Shown one piece after another: positions 35,355-45,403 of a stretch of DNA of 64,000 nucleotides. The stretch is from Actinomycetes bacterium (GTDB lineage Bacteria; Actinomycetota; Actinomycetes; S36-B12; UBA5976). A program made the position numbers and the translations under genes. The stretch is from positions 711 to 64,710 of the forward strand of contig JASJMK010000046.1 of the NCBI GenBank assembly GCA_037619625.1, written 5' to 3'. The stretch's first letter is position 1; each line of letters begins with the position of its first letter. The notes beneath the pieces are model-generated. The model made no database searches. It worked only from the letters and a program-made list of their open reading frames with translations, and had not been told where the DNA came from.

Positions 35355-36355
35355 CAGTGAATGAAACTCTTGCACAAGCAAGTAACGCTATGGTCTATGG
35401 CGCAATCACGGCATTCACTAGTTCCATGGTCGCCTTTAGCATTTCACTTGCTAAAGGTCGCAGACTTGAAACTTTAGAAACTTCTGCGCAGCGCACTAAC
35501 TCTTCTCACCAAGTTCGAATGGGCTCGACACAAACTTTAATCAAGCCAGCAGTTTCCACTTCAGTTTCTGTTGATGGAGACCGCGGTGAGGGTCGACGTG
35601 CCGGAAACATCGGCTTGGCTCTTACTTGGCTGGGCGCAATTTTGCTCGGGCTCGCTTTAGTATTTCGTGGACTTTCAGTTGGTCGTTGGCCGCTGGGAAA
35701 CATGTATGAGTTTTCTTTAGCGACTGGATTTGCAGTTTCCTTGGCCTACTGCGTGATGTCATTAACGCGAGATCTGCGCTGGCTCGGTTTATTTATCGCG
35801 ATACCGGTGCTGCTCGATTTAGGTTCTGCCATCACAGTGCTTTATGCAGAGAGTGCGCAACTTGTACCTGCCCTTAATTCCTATTGGTTGGCTATTCACG
35901 TAACTGCAGCAACTGTTTGTATTGGCGCATTCACGGTTGGGGCAGCGCTATCTGGACTTTATCTTGTGGCGCAAGCTGCCGAAGATCGAATTACCAACGG
36001 ACTTGAGCCCGGACGAAGTGCCGCAATTGCGCGACGCGTACCGCCGGCAGATCGTCTTGATTTAATGGCATATCGAATTCACGCATTCATGTTCCCGATC
36101 TGGACTTTTGCAGTTATTGCTGGTGCGATTTGGGCGGAAGCTGCCTGGGGACGTTATTGGGGTTGGGATCCGAAAGAAACTTGGGCATTTATCACTTGGG
36201 TTTTTTATGCTGCTTATCTACACGCCCGCGCAACTGCCGGTTGGCGAGGACGGAAAGCTGCATACATTGCAATTGCTGGATTTGCAGCAATTATTTTTAA
36301 TTACTTTATTGTGAATATTTATGTGCAGGGTCTGCACTCGTATTCGGGCCTCTAA
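35351..36355 (+). CDS. Cytochrome c biogenesis heme-handling protein (ResC/CcsA family)
   Basis: P.GNMYEF, SYWL.IHV, WWD motif WAEAAWGRYWGWDPKETW, GLHSY. Confidence 0.94.
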   Translation: MTVNETLAQASNAMVYGAITAFTSSMVAFSISLAKGRRLETLETSAQRTNSSHQVRMGSTQTLIKPAVSTSVSVDGDRGEGRRAGNIGLALTWLGAILLGLALVFRGLSVGRWPLGNMYEFSLATGFAVSLAYCVMSLTRDLRWLGLFIAIPVLLDLGSAITVLYAESAQLVPALNSYWLAIHVTAATVCIGAFTVGAALSGLYLVAQAAEDRITNGLEPGRSAAIARRVPPADRLDLMAYRIHAFMFPIWTFAVIAGAIWAEAAWGRYWGWDPKETWAFITWVFYAAYLHARATAGWRGRKAAYIAIAGFAAIIFNYFIVNIYVQGLHSYSGL

Positions 36356-36362
36356 ATTATTT

Positions 36363-36620
36363 TTAACGCTTCGGCGTTAGATCTCGCAAGAAACTCGGGT
36401 CATCATCTGGCGCAAAAACATCATCATCATCTCGGCGCCAACCCCGGCCACCTGGCCGTCCAAAAAGTAACCATAAAAGCGGTCCAATAATCGGCAGGAT
36501 CACAATTATCACTAGCCAGACAATTTTTGGAAGCGCTTTTGGAGTTGGGGTTTGCAGGCAATCAACAAATGCGTAAACCGATAGTCCAATGATTAGGACA
36601 TACAAAACGAATCTAGGCAT
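36363..36620 (-). CDS. Small membrane protein with a PLDc N-terminal-like domain
   Basis: Y...DC.QT, LPK..W...I...P..G..LW...GR, APDDDP.FL; start ATG 36620. Confidence 0.8.
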   Translation of the reverse strand: MPRFVLYVLIIGLSVYAFVDCLQTPTPKALPKIVWLVIIVILPIIGPLLWLLFGRPGGRGWRRDDDDVFAPDDDPSFLRDLTPKR

Positions 36621-36674
36621 GACTCCAGCGTAATTCAGAATTGGAAAGTTCGTGCACATGCCTAAACTAGGACT

Positions 36675-36920
36675 GTGAATCCTTTTATTTCCTACACCCT
36701 GGCGCGGATCGTACTGTTGGCGATCTTCCTTGGGCTCGGCTATTTAGCTGGCCTGCGCGGGGCAATTTTGCTGATTTTGTCGTTCCTGGGCTCAGGACTT
36801 GTTTCCCTGATAGTTCTCAATAACCAACGCTCTCAACTTGGAGCACGAATAGCTAATTATTTTTCTCGAATTAACGCCAAGATTGATGCGAATTCTCGCA
36901 AAGAGGATTTAGGCGACTAA
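36675..36920 (+). CDS. DUF4229-like small membrane protein
   Basis: YTLAR motif, two TM segments, C-terminal ED; usual neighbour of menA. Confidence 0.75.
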   Translation: MNPFISYTLARIVLLAIFLGLGYLAGLRGAILLILSFLGSGLVSLIVLNNQRSQLGARIANYFSRINAKIDANSRKEDLGD

Positions 36921-36923
36921 GAA

Positions 36924-37817
36924 CTAAAATCCGTTGGGCGATAGCCAGATCGCCACTGAAATAAAGCCCGAGAAAAGTAAAAGCAGGCGAGCCGTGTCAC
37001 TTAGTACTGGTATCAAAGCCATTCCAGTTGCGCCACTTCGAATAATTTGCAGCGGTCGACGCGCACTCAAGATTGCAAATAGTCCAATGTAAGCACTAAC
37101 TGGTCCGTTAGCTAAAAAGTTCATAGCAAGTGGCATCGCGAAGCCAACGACAATACAGATGCGATAGAGATCTCTCGTTTTAGCATCGCCCAATCGGACT
37201 GCGAGAGTCAATTTTCCGGAAATTTTGTCGCTTGGGATGTCCCGCAAGTTATTAGCCACCAAGATCGCAGTAGCTAAAGCACCACATGAGACACCACCTA
37301 ACAGCGCGAGTGGAGTAACTTGTCCTGTTTGACTTGCGCTTGTGCCGGCGACTGCAACAAGTCCGAAAAAGACAAATACGAATAACTCTCCGTAACCGGC
37401 GTAACCATATGGCTTGGTGCCCCCGGTGTAAAACCATGCTGCTGCGATTGCTGCAAGACCAATTGGCATTAAGAGCCAAACTTGACTCAATAAAACCATC
37501 GCTAAGCCAGCGCTGGCACTGACTAGAAAAGAAATTATTGCAGCGCGTTTTACTTGCGAAGGGGTAGCAAGTTTTTGTCCAACTAACCGAATGGGTCCAA
37601 CTCGATCATCATCAGTTCCTCGGATACCGTCGCTGTAGTCGTTTGCGTAATTTACGCCCACTTGAAGGCCAAGTGAAACTACCAATGCAAGCAGCGCAAG
37701 AAGTGGTCGAAAAGATCCTTCAAATTCTGCAATTGAAGTGCCCACAAGTACTGGGGCAATTGCAGCTGGCAAAGTTCTAGGTCGAGCGCCATCTAGCCAT
37801 TGTTCGCGGGTAGCCAT
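36924..37817 (-). CDS. menA: 1,4-dihydroxy-2-naphthoate polyprenyltransferase
   Basis: GARPRTLP, NYANDYSDG.RGTD, NNLRDI..D...GK.TLAVRLG. Confidence 0.96.
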   Translation of the reverse strand: MATREQWLDGARPRTLPAAIAPVLVGTSIAEFEGSFRPLLALLALVVSLGLQVGVNYANDYSDGIRGTDDDRVGPIRLVGQKLATPSQVKRAAIISFLVSASAGLAMVLLSQVWLLMPIGLAAIAAAWFYTGGTKPYGYAGYGELFVFVFFGLVAVAGTSASQTGQVTPLALLGGVSCGALATAILVANNLRDIPSDKISGKLTLAVRLGDAKTRDLYRICIVVGFAMPLAMNFLANGPVSAYIGLFAILSARRPLQIIRSGATGMALIPVLSDTARLLLLFSGFISVAIWLSPNGF

Positions 37818-37850
37818 GTAAATCCTTAACGAAACTATGCAAGTTCCAAA

Positions 37851-39152
37851 TTATCGAGACGATCCTGGGTGCGGGAATCTTCCTTCGGTGATGTCAGAAG
37901 CTGTTTGTAAGCGCAAACTTATCCGATCAATCTTTCCAGAATCGAGCATGGGTAGGTATGTCGCGAAATACATGGCGCGTGGCACTGCAGCACGCCCAAT
38001 TTTGTTTCCTATTGTCTCTTGAAGTTCGGCAATTAAGTTAGCGGGATCGCTTATCTGGGTGCGCGTTACTAAATGCGCAATCGGAATTGAACCCCATAAT
38101 TCATCTTGGATGTCGATTAGTGCAACATCTTGGATAAGTGGGTGGTGTCTGATCAGCGACTCAACTGCGCTTAAGGAAACGTTTACGCCACCGACAATCA
38201 CAACGTCATCCAGACGCCCCAGAATGTGAAGGAGTCCACTTGAATCAAGTTTGCCAGCATCATGAGTTTGCACTTGGCCAGATATAAAACTAAGCGCGTC
38301 TAAATCGGGGCGAAGCCGGTAGCCACTCGCATTGACGTCGCCGGAAATTGTAATTCGCCCTGGCTCTATATCGTCCTGGGTACCAAGAGAAATCCGAACC
38401 CCATCAAGCGGTCGTCCATCAAATACGCAGCCACCACAAGTTTCTGTCATGCCGTAGGAAATTGAAACGTTAATTCCTAATTCGCGCAGACGTTGCAGCA
38501 TAGGTTGTGGGGTAGCAGCAGCGCCACTAAGAACTAAGTCATAAGTTTGCAGCGCCTCGATACCTACGCTGCCAGCTTCTAGAAGTCGGGCAATTTGGGT
38601 TGGCACAAGTGAAACCATTAGCGCGCGACCATCTTTATTACTTTCTCGTTTGGCGCTAAGTGTTGTTGCGGCAAATGCGGCAGCAGCAAACGGGCGAGCA
38701 CCCCCAACGCTGGGATCAATTTCAAGCGGACTTTCATGAAACCAAGATCTAACTAAAACCATGATCCCAGCGATTCGATGCGCTGGCATCGACATCACCC
38801 AACGATTGTTAGTACCAAATCGCGCGCCAAACGCGAAGGCAGATGCCTGAAGTGCTTGCTGACTTAGCAACACCCCACGCGGGGCGCCAGTTGAGCCAGA
38901 AGTTGCGCAAACTATTGAGATGTCATCGGACTCAAGTGGGAAATTGGAATCATCGGGTTTAAGACTTTCCAGACTCTGCTGCAAAATTTGCTCGGGTTGG
39001 GTTGCGATGGGCAAAATTGCTGGGCCAGTGCCATCCAGCGCGGGGCCCATCATCGAGACGAGCTTGCGAACTCCGCCCATGCCAGGTGGCACCGTTACCG
39101 CAGTGAGTTTGCGGGCTAACGGATTTTCCCTAAATATGTCAGATTGCGTCAT
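37851..39152 (-). CDS. menE: o-succinylbenzoate-CoA ligase
   Basis: TSGSTG.P, SLVPTQ, YGMTETCGG, GRLDD; men context. Confidence 0.88.
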   Translation of the reverse strand: MTQSDIFRENPLARKLTAVTVPPGMGGVRKLVSMMGPALDGTGPAILPIATQPEQILQQSLESLKPDDSNFPLESDDISIVCATSGSTGAPRGVLLSQQALQASAFAFGARFGTNNRWVMSMPAHRIAGIMVLVRSWFHESPLEIDPSVGGARPFAAAAFAATTLSAKRESNKDGRALMVSLVPTQIARLLEAGSVGIEALQTYDLVLSGAAATPQPMLQRLRELGINVSISYGMTETCGGCVFDGRPLDGVRISLGTQDDIEPGRITISGDVNASGYRLRPDLDALSFISGQVQTHDAGKLDSSGLLHILGRLDDVVIVGGVNVSLSAVESLIRHHPLIQDVALIDIQDELWGSIPIAHLVTRTQISDPANLIAELQETIGNKIGRAAVPRAMYFATYLPMLDSGKIDRISLRLQTASDITEGRFPHPGSSR

Positions 39153-39205
39153 CGAGACTAGCCTAGAGCGAAGAACTGTCCCACAAGATTTTCCTAAGGT
39201 TTGCT

Positions 39206-40138
39206 ATGGATACCCGCACAAAGTACGTTCTACCGCCAGTAGTTTCTGATGGTAGCCCAGCCAAGACTGACCCAAGTCACTCCTCAATCACACTTGCCTG
39301 TAACTGGGTTAGCTCGGGTGACTACACCGACATAATTTTGGAACGTTCAACTGGCGAAGATTCTGGCATTGCCAAAATCACTATTAATCGTCCAGAAAAG
39401 CGAAATGCGTTTAGACCGCAAACCGTTAAAGAATTAATTCATGCCCTTGATGTGGCGCGTGATGACCCAAGCGTTGGTGTGGTGATTCTCACCGGAAAAG
39501 GTGACTGGGCGTTTTGCAGTGGCGGCGATCAAATGATTCGCGGAGATGATGGTTACATCGGCGATGACGCAGTTGCGCAAGCTGGAGTTGGACGACTAAA
39601 CGTGCTTGATCTGCAGGTTGCAATTCGGCGCATCCCAAAACCAGTTGTTGCGATGGTTGCTGGATATTCAATCGGCGGCGGACATGTGTTACATGTCGTA
39701 TGTGATTTAACAATTGCGGCTGACAATGCGCGCTTCGGTCAAACTGGCCCGATAGTTGGTTCCTTTGATGGCGGATATGGTTCAGGATTACTCGCACGTC
39801 ACATTGGACAAAAACGGGCGCGTGAAATTTGGTTCTTGTGTCGTCAATATGGAGCCGAGCAAGCGTATGACTGGGGTTTAGTAAATTCGGTAGTTCCGCT
39901 TCCTGACTTAGAAATTGAAACTGTGCAGTGGTGTCAAGAAATGCTTCAGCTATCACCACTTTCACTTCGCATGTTGAAAGCAAGTCACAACGCTGCCGAT
40001 GATGGCTTAGCTGGAATTCAACAACTAGCTGGCGATGCCACGCTTTTGTTCTACATGAGCGAAGAAGCGCAAGAAGGTCGCAATGCATATAAAGAGAAGC
40101 GTCAACCAGACTTCAAGCAGTTTCCAAAGCGACCTTAG
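39206..40138 (+). CDS. menB: 1,4-dihydroxy-2-naphthoyl-CoA synthase
   Basis: [29 protein letters not shown]. Confidence 0.97.
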   Translation: MDTRTKYVLPPVVSDGSPAKTDPSHSSITLACNWVSSGDYTDIILERSTGEDSGIAKITINRPEKRNAFRPQTVKELIHALDVARDDPSVGVVILTGKGDWAFCSGGDQMIRGDDGYIGDDAVAQAGVGRLNVLDLQVAIRRIPKPVVAMVAGYSIGGGHVLHVVCDLTIAADNARFGQTGPIVGSFDGGYGSGLLARHIGQKRAREIWFLCRQYGAEQAYDWGLVNSVVPLPDLEIETVQWCQEMLQLSPLSLRMLKASHNAADDGLAGIQQLAGDATLLFYMSEEAQEGRNAYKEKRQPDFKQFPKRP

Positions 40139-40185
40139 TCAAATACTAATTATTTAATTGCTGTACATATGAGTAGCGCATTCTG

Positions 40186-41238
40186 ATGTCGATTGAATTA
40201 GTTGCGCAACAGTGTGTGCCATTTTCGCTAGATCTAACTAATGAATTCCGCGGAATTAAAGTGCGAACTGGCGCATTAATAAGTGGCTCAACTGGTTGGG
40301 GCGAATTTGCGCCATTTCCAGAATATGGTGATGCCATCGCAGCTCGCTGGCTAGCTGGCGCACTAGAGGCAGCATTTGGAAAATTTCCCGAACGTGTTCG
40401 GGCATCGGTTCCAGTGAATGCAATCATTCCAATCTTGAGCCAAGCTGAAACAAAATCTGCAGTTGAAGCTGCAATAACTAATCATGGAATGACAACTTTC
40501 AAATTAAAAGTTGGTGACGGTGGGGCAGATTCACTTGCTGCTGATTTAGTCCGCTGCAATATTGTCCGAACCACACTTGACGATTTGGGTGTTGTTGGCA
40601 AAATTCGAATTGATGTAAATGGCAACTGGTCAGTAGAGCAGGCGCTTGAGTCCTTGAAGCAAATAGTTCAGGTAGTTGGAGATTTGGATTATGTGGAACA
40701 ACCATGTGCAGAGATAAAGGAATTAGTTAGTCTGCGAAACGAAATGAGTAACTGGTCGGTGCCAGTTCGAATTGCCGTCGATGAATCAATTCGGATGTCC
40801 ACGCAGATCAATACTCAAGCTTTGCGAGAAGTAGCAGACCTCGTCGTGGTTAAGGCCATCCCGTTGGGTGGAGTGCAGCGTTCCCTAGATCTAATTAATG
40901 AAATTGGATTGCCAACTGTTATTAGTGGTTCACTTGATAGTTCGGTAGGACTATCAAGTGCTATTGCGTTAGCAGCAGCCGTGCCACAGCTCTATGGTGC
41001 CTGCGGACTCGGAACTGGAACACTTTTTGCGCAAGATTTAGTGACACCAACTACTCTGCCAGTCAACGGTGAGTTGCCAGTAAGACGGAGCTCGCCTGAT
41101 GCGCAACTATTGGCTAGCGCTACATCGCAAGTTTCCCAAGCCGATCGCATTTGGTGGCAGGAACGAATCGTGCGCGCATGGGATAGTGGAGCAAAAGACT
41201 TGGTAAACGATGAAGTTCGAGAAGCGGTGCTGGCATGA
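40186..41238 (+). CDS. menC: o-succinylbenzoate synthase
   Basis: GWGEFAPF.EY, KLKVG, RID.NG.W, EQP, DESIR, CGLGT. Confidence 0.92.
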   Translation: MSIELVAQQCVPFSLDLTNEFRGIKVRTGALISGSTGWGEFAPFPEYGDAIAARWLAGALEAAFGKFPERVRASVPVNAIIPILSQAETKSAVEAAITNHGMTTFKLKVGDGGADSLAADLVRCNIVRTTLDDLGVVGKIRIDVNGNWSVEQALESLKQIVQVVGDLDYVEQPCAEIKELVSLRNEMSNWSVPVRIAVDESIRMSTQINTQALREVADLVVVKAIPLGGVQRSLDLINEIGLPTVISGSLDSSVGLSSAIALAAAVPQLYGACGLGTGTLFAQDLVTPTTLPVNGELPVRRSSPDAQLLASATSQVSQADRIWWQERIVRAWDSGAKDLVNDEVREAVLA

Positions 41239-42890
41239 CGATAAATAATGCAACGCGCAGTGCCAGGGAAATTGTCCAAGCCTGTATCTCCCAGGGAGCA
41301 AAGCACGTCGTAATTGCTCCAGGTTCTCGTAACGCGCCGCTTTCGTGGGCTTTTGCCCAAGCTGAAAAAGCGGGTGCTATCAAAATACACATTCGAATTG
41401 ATGAACGAGATGCTGGCTTTCTTGCCCTTGGCATCGCAAAAGCAACTAACCAACTTGTTCCAGTGGTAGTTACTTCGGGTAGCGCAGTTGCTAATTTGCT
41501 GCCAGCTGTGGTTGAAGCGTTTCAAAGCGCTGTGCCTTTGGTAATTTTAAGCGCAGATCGTCCTGCCAAATTTCGCGGACTGAGTGCGCCGCAGACAATT
41601 AGGCAATTTGAAATTTTCGGAAGTTTTGCCAAGGTAAGTATTGATCTTGAGCCAAATCCAAAAGATTTTAATCATGTAATCCAGGCACTCAGTGCTGCTC
41701 AGAGTTCGCGTCGTGGCCCCGTTCAAATCAATGTGCAATTCGATGTGCCACTTATGCCCGATGCCAGCGAACTCGAATGGTCGCCAGAATTTGCAACAAA
41801 AGACATAACTAAAGTTACAAATCAAAAAGCAAATGATTCAGCTCGCACAGCATTAAACGTTTCCACTAAAGGTGTCTTCGTTATCGGTGATAATGCAGAT
41901 CCAGATGCAATTCAAGAAATAGCAGAACTAGCAGTGCAATTAGCATGGCCAATAATTTGGGAGCCAAGTGCAAACGCACACTCCTTGGTTAACTCAATTT
42001 CACATGGGGTACTGCTGCTGCAGGCCGGAATTGCGCCGCAACCAGAATGGGTAGTAACGCTTGGAACTGTTGGATTATCGCGCGCAGTTTTGACGCTGTT
42101 AAAGAATTCTCCAAATCACATTGCAATACATAGTTCATATTCAGGACCAGATTTACCGAATCCTGTTTCGAGTGCAACACAAATTCTGGATCAAGTGCCA
42201 CTGCTGAAAAATACCCCAGATAGCAATTGGCTAATTCAGTGGCAGAATTTGGCTGCCCAGACACATGATGTGATTGCAAGTTTGTTGAGCCTTGATACCT
42301 TGAGCGGACCAAGTGGTGCTTTAACACTTTGGAATAGTGCGCAAGATGATGATCAGATATTTGTTGCTGCGTCTTGGCCCGTACGTCACCTGGAAGCGTA
42401 TGCTCCAACACGAAAAGGCTTAACGGTATTTGGCAACCGAGGAGCAAATGGAATTGATGGGTTGATTTCAACTGCGGCGGGCGTAGCAATCGGCTCGGCT
42501 AAGCGGACATATTTACTGATGGGAGACATCGCGTTCTTACATGACTTAGGTGGCTTAAATCTTGGCACCGATCAAGACGAACCAGATTTAACCATCGTGG
42601 TGCTCGATAATGATGGCAGTGGAATTTTCAGTCAATTAGAACAAGGTGCTAGCGAATATCGAGAACACTACGAAAAAATTTTTGGAACCCCACACGGTAA
42701 GGACCTATGGGTAATTGCTGAATCTCTTGGAATTCCGGCTAAACAGGTATCAATTGTTACTGACTTAAAGTTTGCCTTAACGAATTTTAAGAATATTCCT
42801 GGAATAAAAGTTGTAGTTTGCCTGACAGGCAACCGAGTTGATGAGAACAATTTGATTAAGAAGATACTCGACCAAACTTCAAAGAGTTAA
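41235..42890 (+). CDS. menD: SEPHCHC synthase
   Basis: PGSRNAPL, DER.AGF.ALG, TSGSA.ANL, NRGANGIDG, GD..FLHD. Confidence 0.95.
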   Translation: MTINNATRSAREIVQACISQGAKHVVIAPGSRNAPLSWAFAQAEKAGAIKIHIRIDERDAGFLALGIAKATNQLVPVVVTSGSAVANLLPAVVEAFQSAVPLVILSADRPAKFRGLSAPQTIRQFEIFGSFAKVSIDLEPNPKDFNHVIQALSAAQSSRRGPVQINVQFDVPLMPDASELEWSPEFATKDITKVTNQKANDSARTALNVSTKGVFVIGDNADPDAIQEIAELAVQLAWPIIWEPSANAHSLVNSISHGVLLLQAGIAPQPEWVVTLGTVGLSRAVLTLLKNSPNHIAIHSSYSGPDLPNPVSSATQILDQVPLLKNTPDSNWLIQWQNLAAQTHDVIASLLSLDTLSGPSGALTLWNSAQDDDQIFVAASWPVRHLEAYAPTRKGLTVFGNRGANGIDGLISTAAGVAIGSAKRTYLLMGDIAFLHDLGGLNLGTDQDEPDLTIVVLDNDGSGIFSQLEQGASEYREHYEKIFGTPHGKDLWVIAESLGIPAKQVSIVTDLKFALTNFKNIPGIKVVVCLTGNRVDENNLIKKILDQTSKS

Positions 42891-42899
42891 GGAATTCAA

Positions 42900-44027
42900 A
42901 TGCGCGCTCGCGAATTAGGAATAGTTTGCGATGGCACCCCAGGTAAGTTAAACGCCATCACGGATGTTCCCGGTCTTGAAGTAGGCATGGTCACTTTAAT
43001 TTCGGGCGAGGGTGAATTAGTTCCTGACGTGGGTCCAGTTCGAACTGGGGTAACAGCAATTTTGCCCATCGGCGCAGACCGAATGCAACAGGCAATCCCA
43101 GCTGGAATCTATTCCCTCAATGGCAATGGTGAGATGACGGGCTCACATTGGATATCTGAAACGGGTGGGCTATCTGGGCCCGTAATGCTGACAAACACTC
43201 ATGCTGTTGGCACAGTTCACCGCGGTGTCATCGAATGGGTTAAGAAAAATAATCCGCAAGCTGCCATGGAGTGGTTGCTACCCGTTGTGGCCGAAACTTG
43301 GGATGGTTACCTCAACGACATAAATGGACCACACGTAACAACGCAACATGCAATGACCGCAATCGATACCGCAACAAGTGGTGAAGTGCTCGAGGGTTCA
43401 TTTGGCGGTGGTACTGGGATGAACTGCTATTCGTTTAAAGGTGGAAACGGCACAGCTTCACGGGTTTTAGATTTTGGCGGCAAAGAATATGTAGTTGGCG
43501 CATTTCTCCAAGCAAATTTTGGTGACCGAAAGGAGCTGCGAATAACTGGTATCGACATGTCAGATTTAGCAGTCCCCAATCCCATGACAGATTCAGCGTG
43601 GGTAGCCAAGGATAAATCACGAACTGCACCTAGTGGTGCTGGCTCAGTTATTGCAGTGATTGCGACAAATGCCCCGTTACTTCCAGATCAGTGTCGAGCG
43701 CTAGCACGCCGCGTCCCACTTGGCTTAGCGCGCACCGGAACAGCTGGGGGACATTTCAGCGGAGATATCTTTTTAGCTTTTTCAACTGCAAACCCTGGAC
43801 CCCTTTCCAGCGGCTTTCCTACTAAATCCCGTCACGAAGCCAAGTTGAATTCAATCGAATTCATTCCGTGGAATTATCTGGATGCTTTCTACACTGCAGT
43901 TGTGCAAAGTGTTGAAGAAGCCGTATTAAATGCTCTGGTAAACAACGCAACAATGGTCGGCCGGGATGGCAACATTTCACACGCTATCCCGCACGATCAA
44001 ATTAAATTGCGTCTGGCGGCTCGCTAA
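42900..44027 (+). CDS. P1 family (DmpA/BapA-like) aminopeptidase
   Basis: NAITDVPG..VG, NGNGEMTG, ETWDG.LND, G-S autoprocessing site (GAGSVIAV), SGDIFLAFST. Confidence 0.88.
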   Translation: MRARELGIVCDGTPGKLNAITDVPGLEVGMVTLISGEGELVPDVGPVRTGVTAILPIGADRMQQAIPAGIYSLNGNGEMTGSHWISETGGLSGPVMLTNTHAVGTVHRGVIEWVKKNNPQAAMEWLLPVVAETWDGYLNDINGPHVTTQHAMTAIDTATSGEVLEGSFGGGTGMNCYSFKGGNGTASRVLDFGGKEYVVGAFLQANFGDRKELRITGIDMSDLAVPNPMTDSAWVAKDKSRTAPSGAGSVIAVIATNAPLLPDQCRALARRVPLGLARTGTAGGHFSGDIFLAFSTANPGPLSSGFPTKSRHEAKLNSIEFIPWNYLDAFYTAVVQSVEEAVLNALVNNATMVGRDGNISHAIPHDQIKLRLAAR

Positions 44028-44037
44028 AACGCGATTT

Positions 44038-44059
44038 TGTCAGTTTTGGCAAGTACGGT
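44038..44059 (+). promoter_or_regulatory. PafBC-type (RecA-NDp) DNA-damage promoter
   Basis: TGTCAG-TTTTGGCAAG-TACGGT matches TGTCRG-N10-TANNNT, upstream of the nuclease gene. Confidence 0.72.
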
Positions 44060-44083
44060 TAAGGCAGTCAGAAGGGCATCAAT

Positions 44084-44941
44084 GTGGCGACTAACGCAAT
44101 GCGAGTTGAAGTAGAGCAATCAGCCAAAGCAAGTCTGCCCAAACGAGTTTCATATTCCCAAATGTCGCTGTACCAACAATGCCCCCTGAAATATTTCTTC
44201 TCATACATTGCGCACTGGCGGGAACCGCCAACTGCAGCGCTAGCTGGCGGTTCAATAACCCACGAGGTAGTCGAGTACTTATATCGACTTGAACCACAAG
44301 ATCGAACTCTGGAAACCGCGATGGATCTGTTGCGAGAGCATGGACCGCGGATGCTTCGATCAAATGAATATAAGCCCTTTGAAAATGACTTAAAGATGAA
44401 ACACAGCGTCAAGGAAGCGATTGAAAATTTATTTAAAGTCGAGGATCCTAAGCAAGTTGTAGTACAGCCCGAACATATTGAAATGGAACTTAACGTCGAG
44501 ATCAATGGCGTTAACTTTTTTGGAAAAGTTGATCGATTTACAGTCGATGGCATAAATCGAGTTACTGATTACAAAACGGGAAAAAGTCCAGGTAAATTTA
44601 TTGATGACAAGTTAGCGCAGCCTTACCTTTACGCGCTGGGGTTTAAAACTCAACACGATATTGATGTTGACGAAGTGGAATTAATTTTCTTAAATGCCCA
44701 GGAAGTCGTGCGGCGCCCAGCTGATTCTGGCTTAGTTTTAGCGCAAGGTGAAAAATTGGCGCAGATGCGTACCGATAGTGAGTTTGATGTGGCAAATTCT
44801 TCCTGGGAAGCTCGGGTTTCACGTCTGTGCGACTACTGCGCATTCCAACGAGTTTGTCCAGCGCGCACACCAGATGCTCCGATACCTGGTTCGCCGCAAA
44901 GTGACACACAATTAGCAGAGGCGGGCTTACTACATAAGTAG
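44084..44941 (+). CDS. RecB-family PD-(D/E)xK nuclease with a putative Fe-S cluster (Rv2119-like)
   Basis: S.S....Y.QCP, G...H, G.VDR, DYKTGK, Q...Y, C-terminal CDYC.....CP. Confidence 0.85.
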   Translation: MATNAMRVEVEQSAKASLPKRVSYSQMSLYQQCPLKYFFSYIAHWREPPTAALAGGSITHEVVEYLYRLEPQDRTLETAMDLLREHGPRMLRSNEYKPFENDLKMKHSVKEAIENLFKVEDPKQVVVQPEHIEMELNVEINGVNFFGKVDRFTVDGINRVTDYKTGKSPGKFIDDKLAQPYLYALGFKTQHDIDVDEVELIFLNAQEVVRRPADSGLVLAQGEKLAQMRTDSEFDVANSSWEARVSRLCDYCAFQRVCPARTPDAPIPGSPQSDTQLAEAGLLHK

Positions 44942-44986
44942 TCCACTCGGGCACATGAGGAGCTAACCAAGTTCTACACTTGTGAC

Positions 44987-45403
44987 ATGCGTAATTCTCG
45001 ATATCGATACTCCCGGCTCGTGATGGTAATTGGTGCCATCGTGTTTGCTGGCAGTGCCGCTGTTTTATTAATTGATCCGAATTCTTTTTTGGCATTCATC
45101 GGATTAGCAATTAACGATTCCACAATCTGGTCGTTTCGATTAATCGGATTGCTGCTTTTGGCGCTTGCCGCTCACATGGCAACAACCTCCCGGCATGCAG
45201 CTGATCCAGCATTTAGACGTGCCGCATCTGTGATGGTTTTAATTTCAGGTGGCCTAAGTGCGCTGACGTATATGGCACCAGGGACCGCAACCACTGGAAG
45301 ATGGATTTTCATTGGAATAGGTGCCGGGTTTTCCGCGCTGTATCTAATTACGCTGCCGATTAAATCAATAGGTTACAAAGAAGCGCAGCCACACAACTCA
45401 TGA
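44987..45403 (+). CDS. Hypothetical four-TM membrane protein
   Basis: Four hydrophobic segments; leaderless TACACT -10; stop overlaps the P450 start (ATGA). Confidence 0.7.
   Translation: MRNSRYRYSRLVMVIGAIVFAGSAAVLLIDPNSFLAFIGLAINDSTIWSFRLIGLLLLALAAHMATTSRHAADPAFRRAASVMVLISGGLSALTYMAPGTATTGRWIFIGIGAGFSALYLITLPIKSIGYKEAQPHNS

Noticed and set aside
44084-44941. Cas4 of a CRISPR system
   Set aside because: No cas1/cas2 or array; the promoter motif points to DNA repair.
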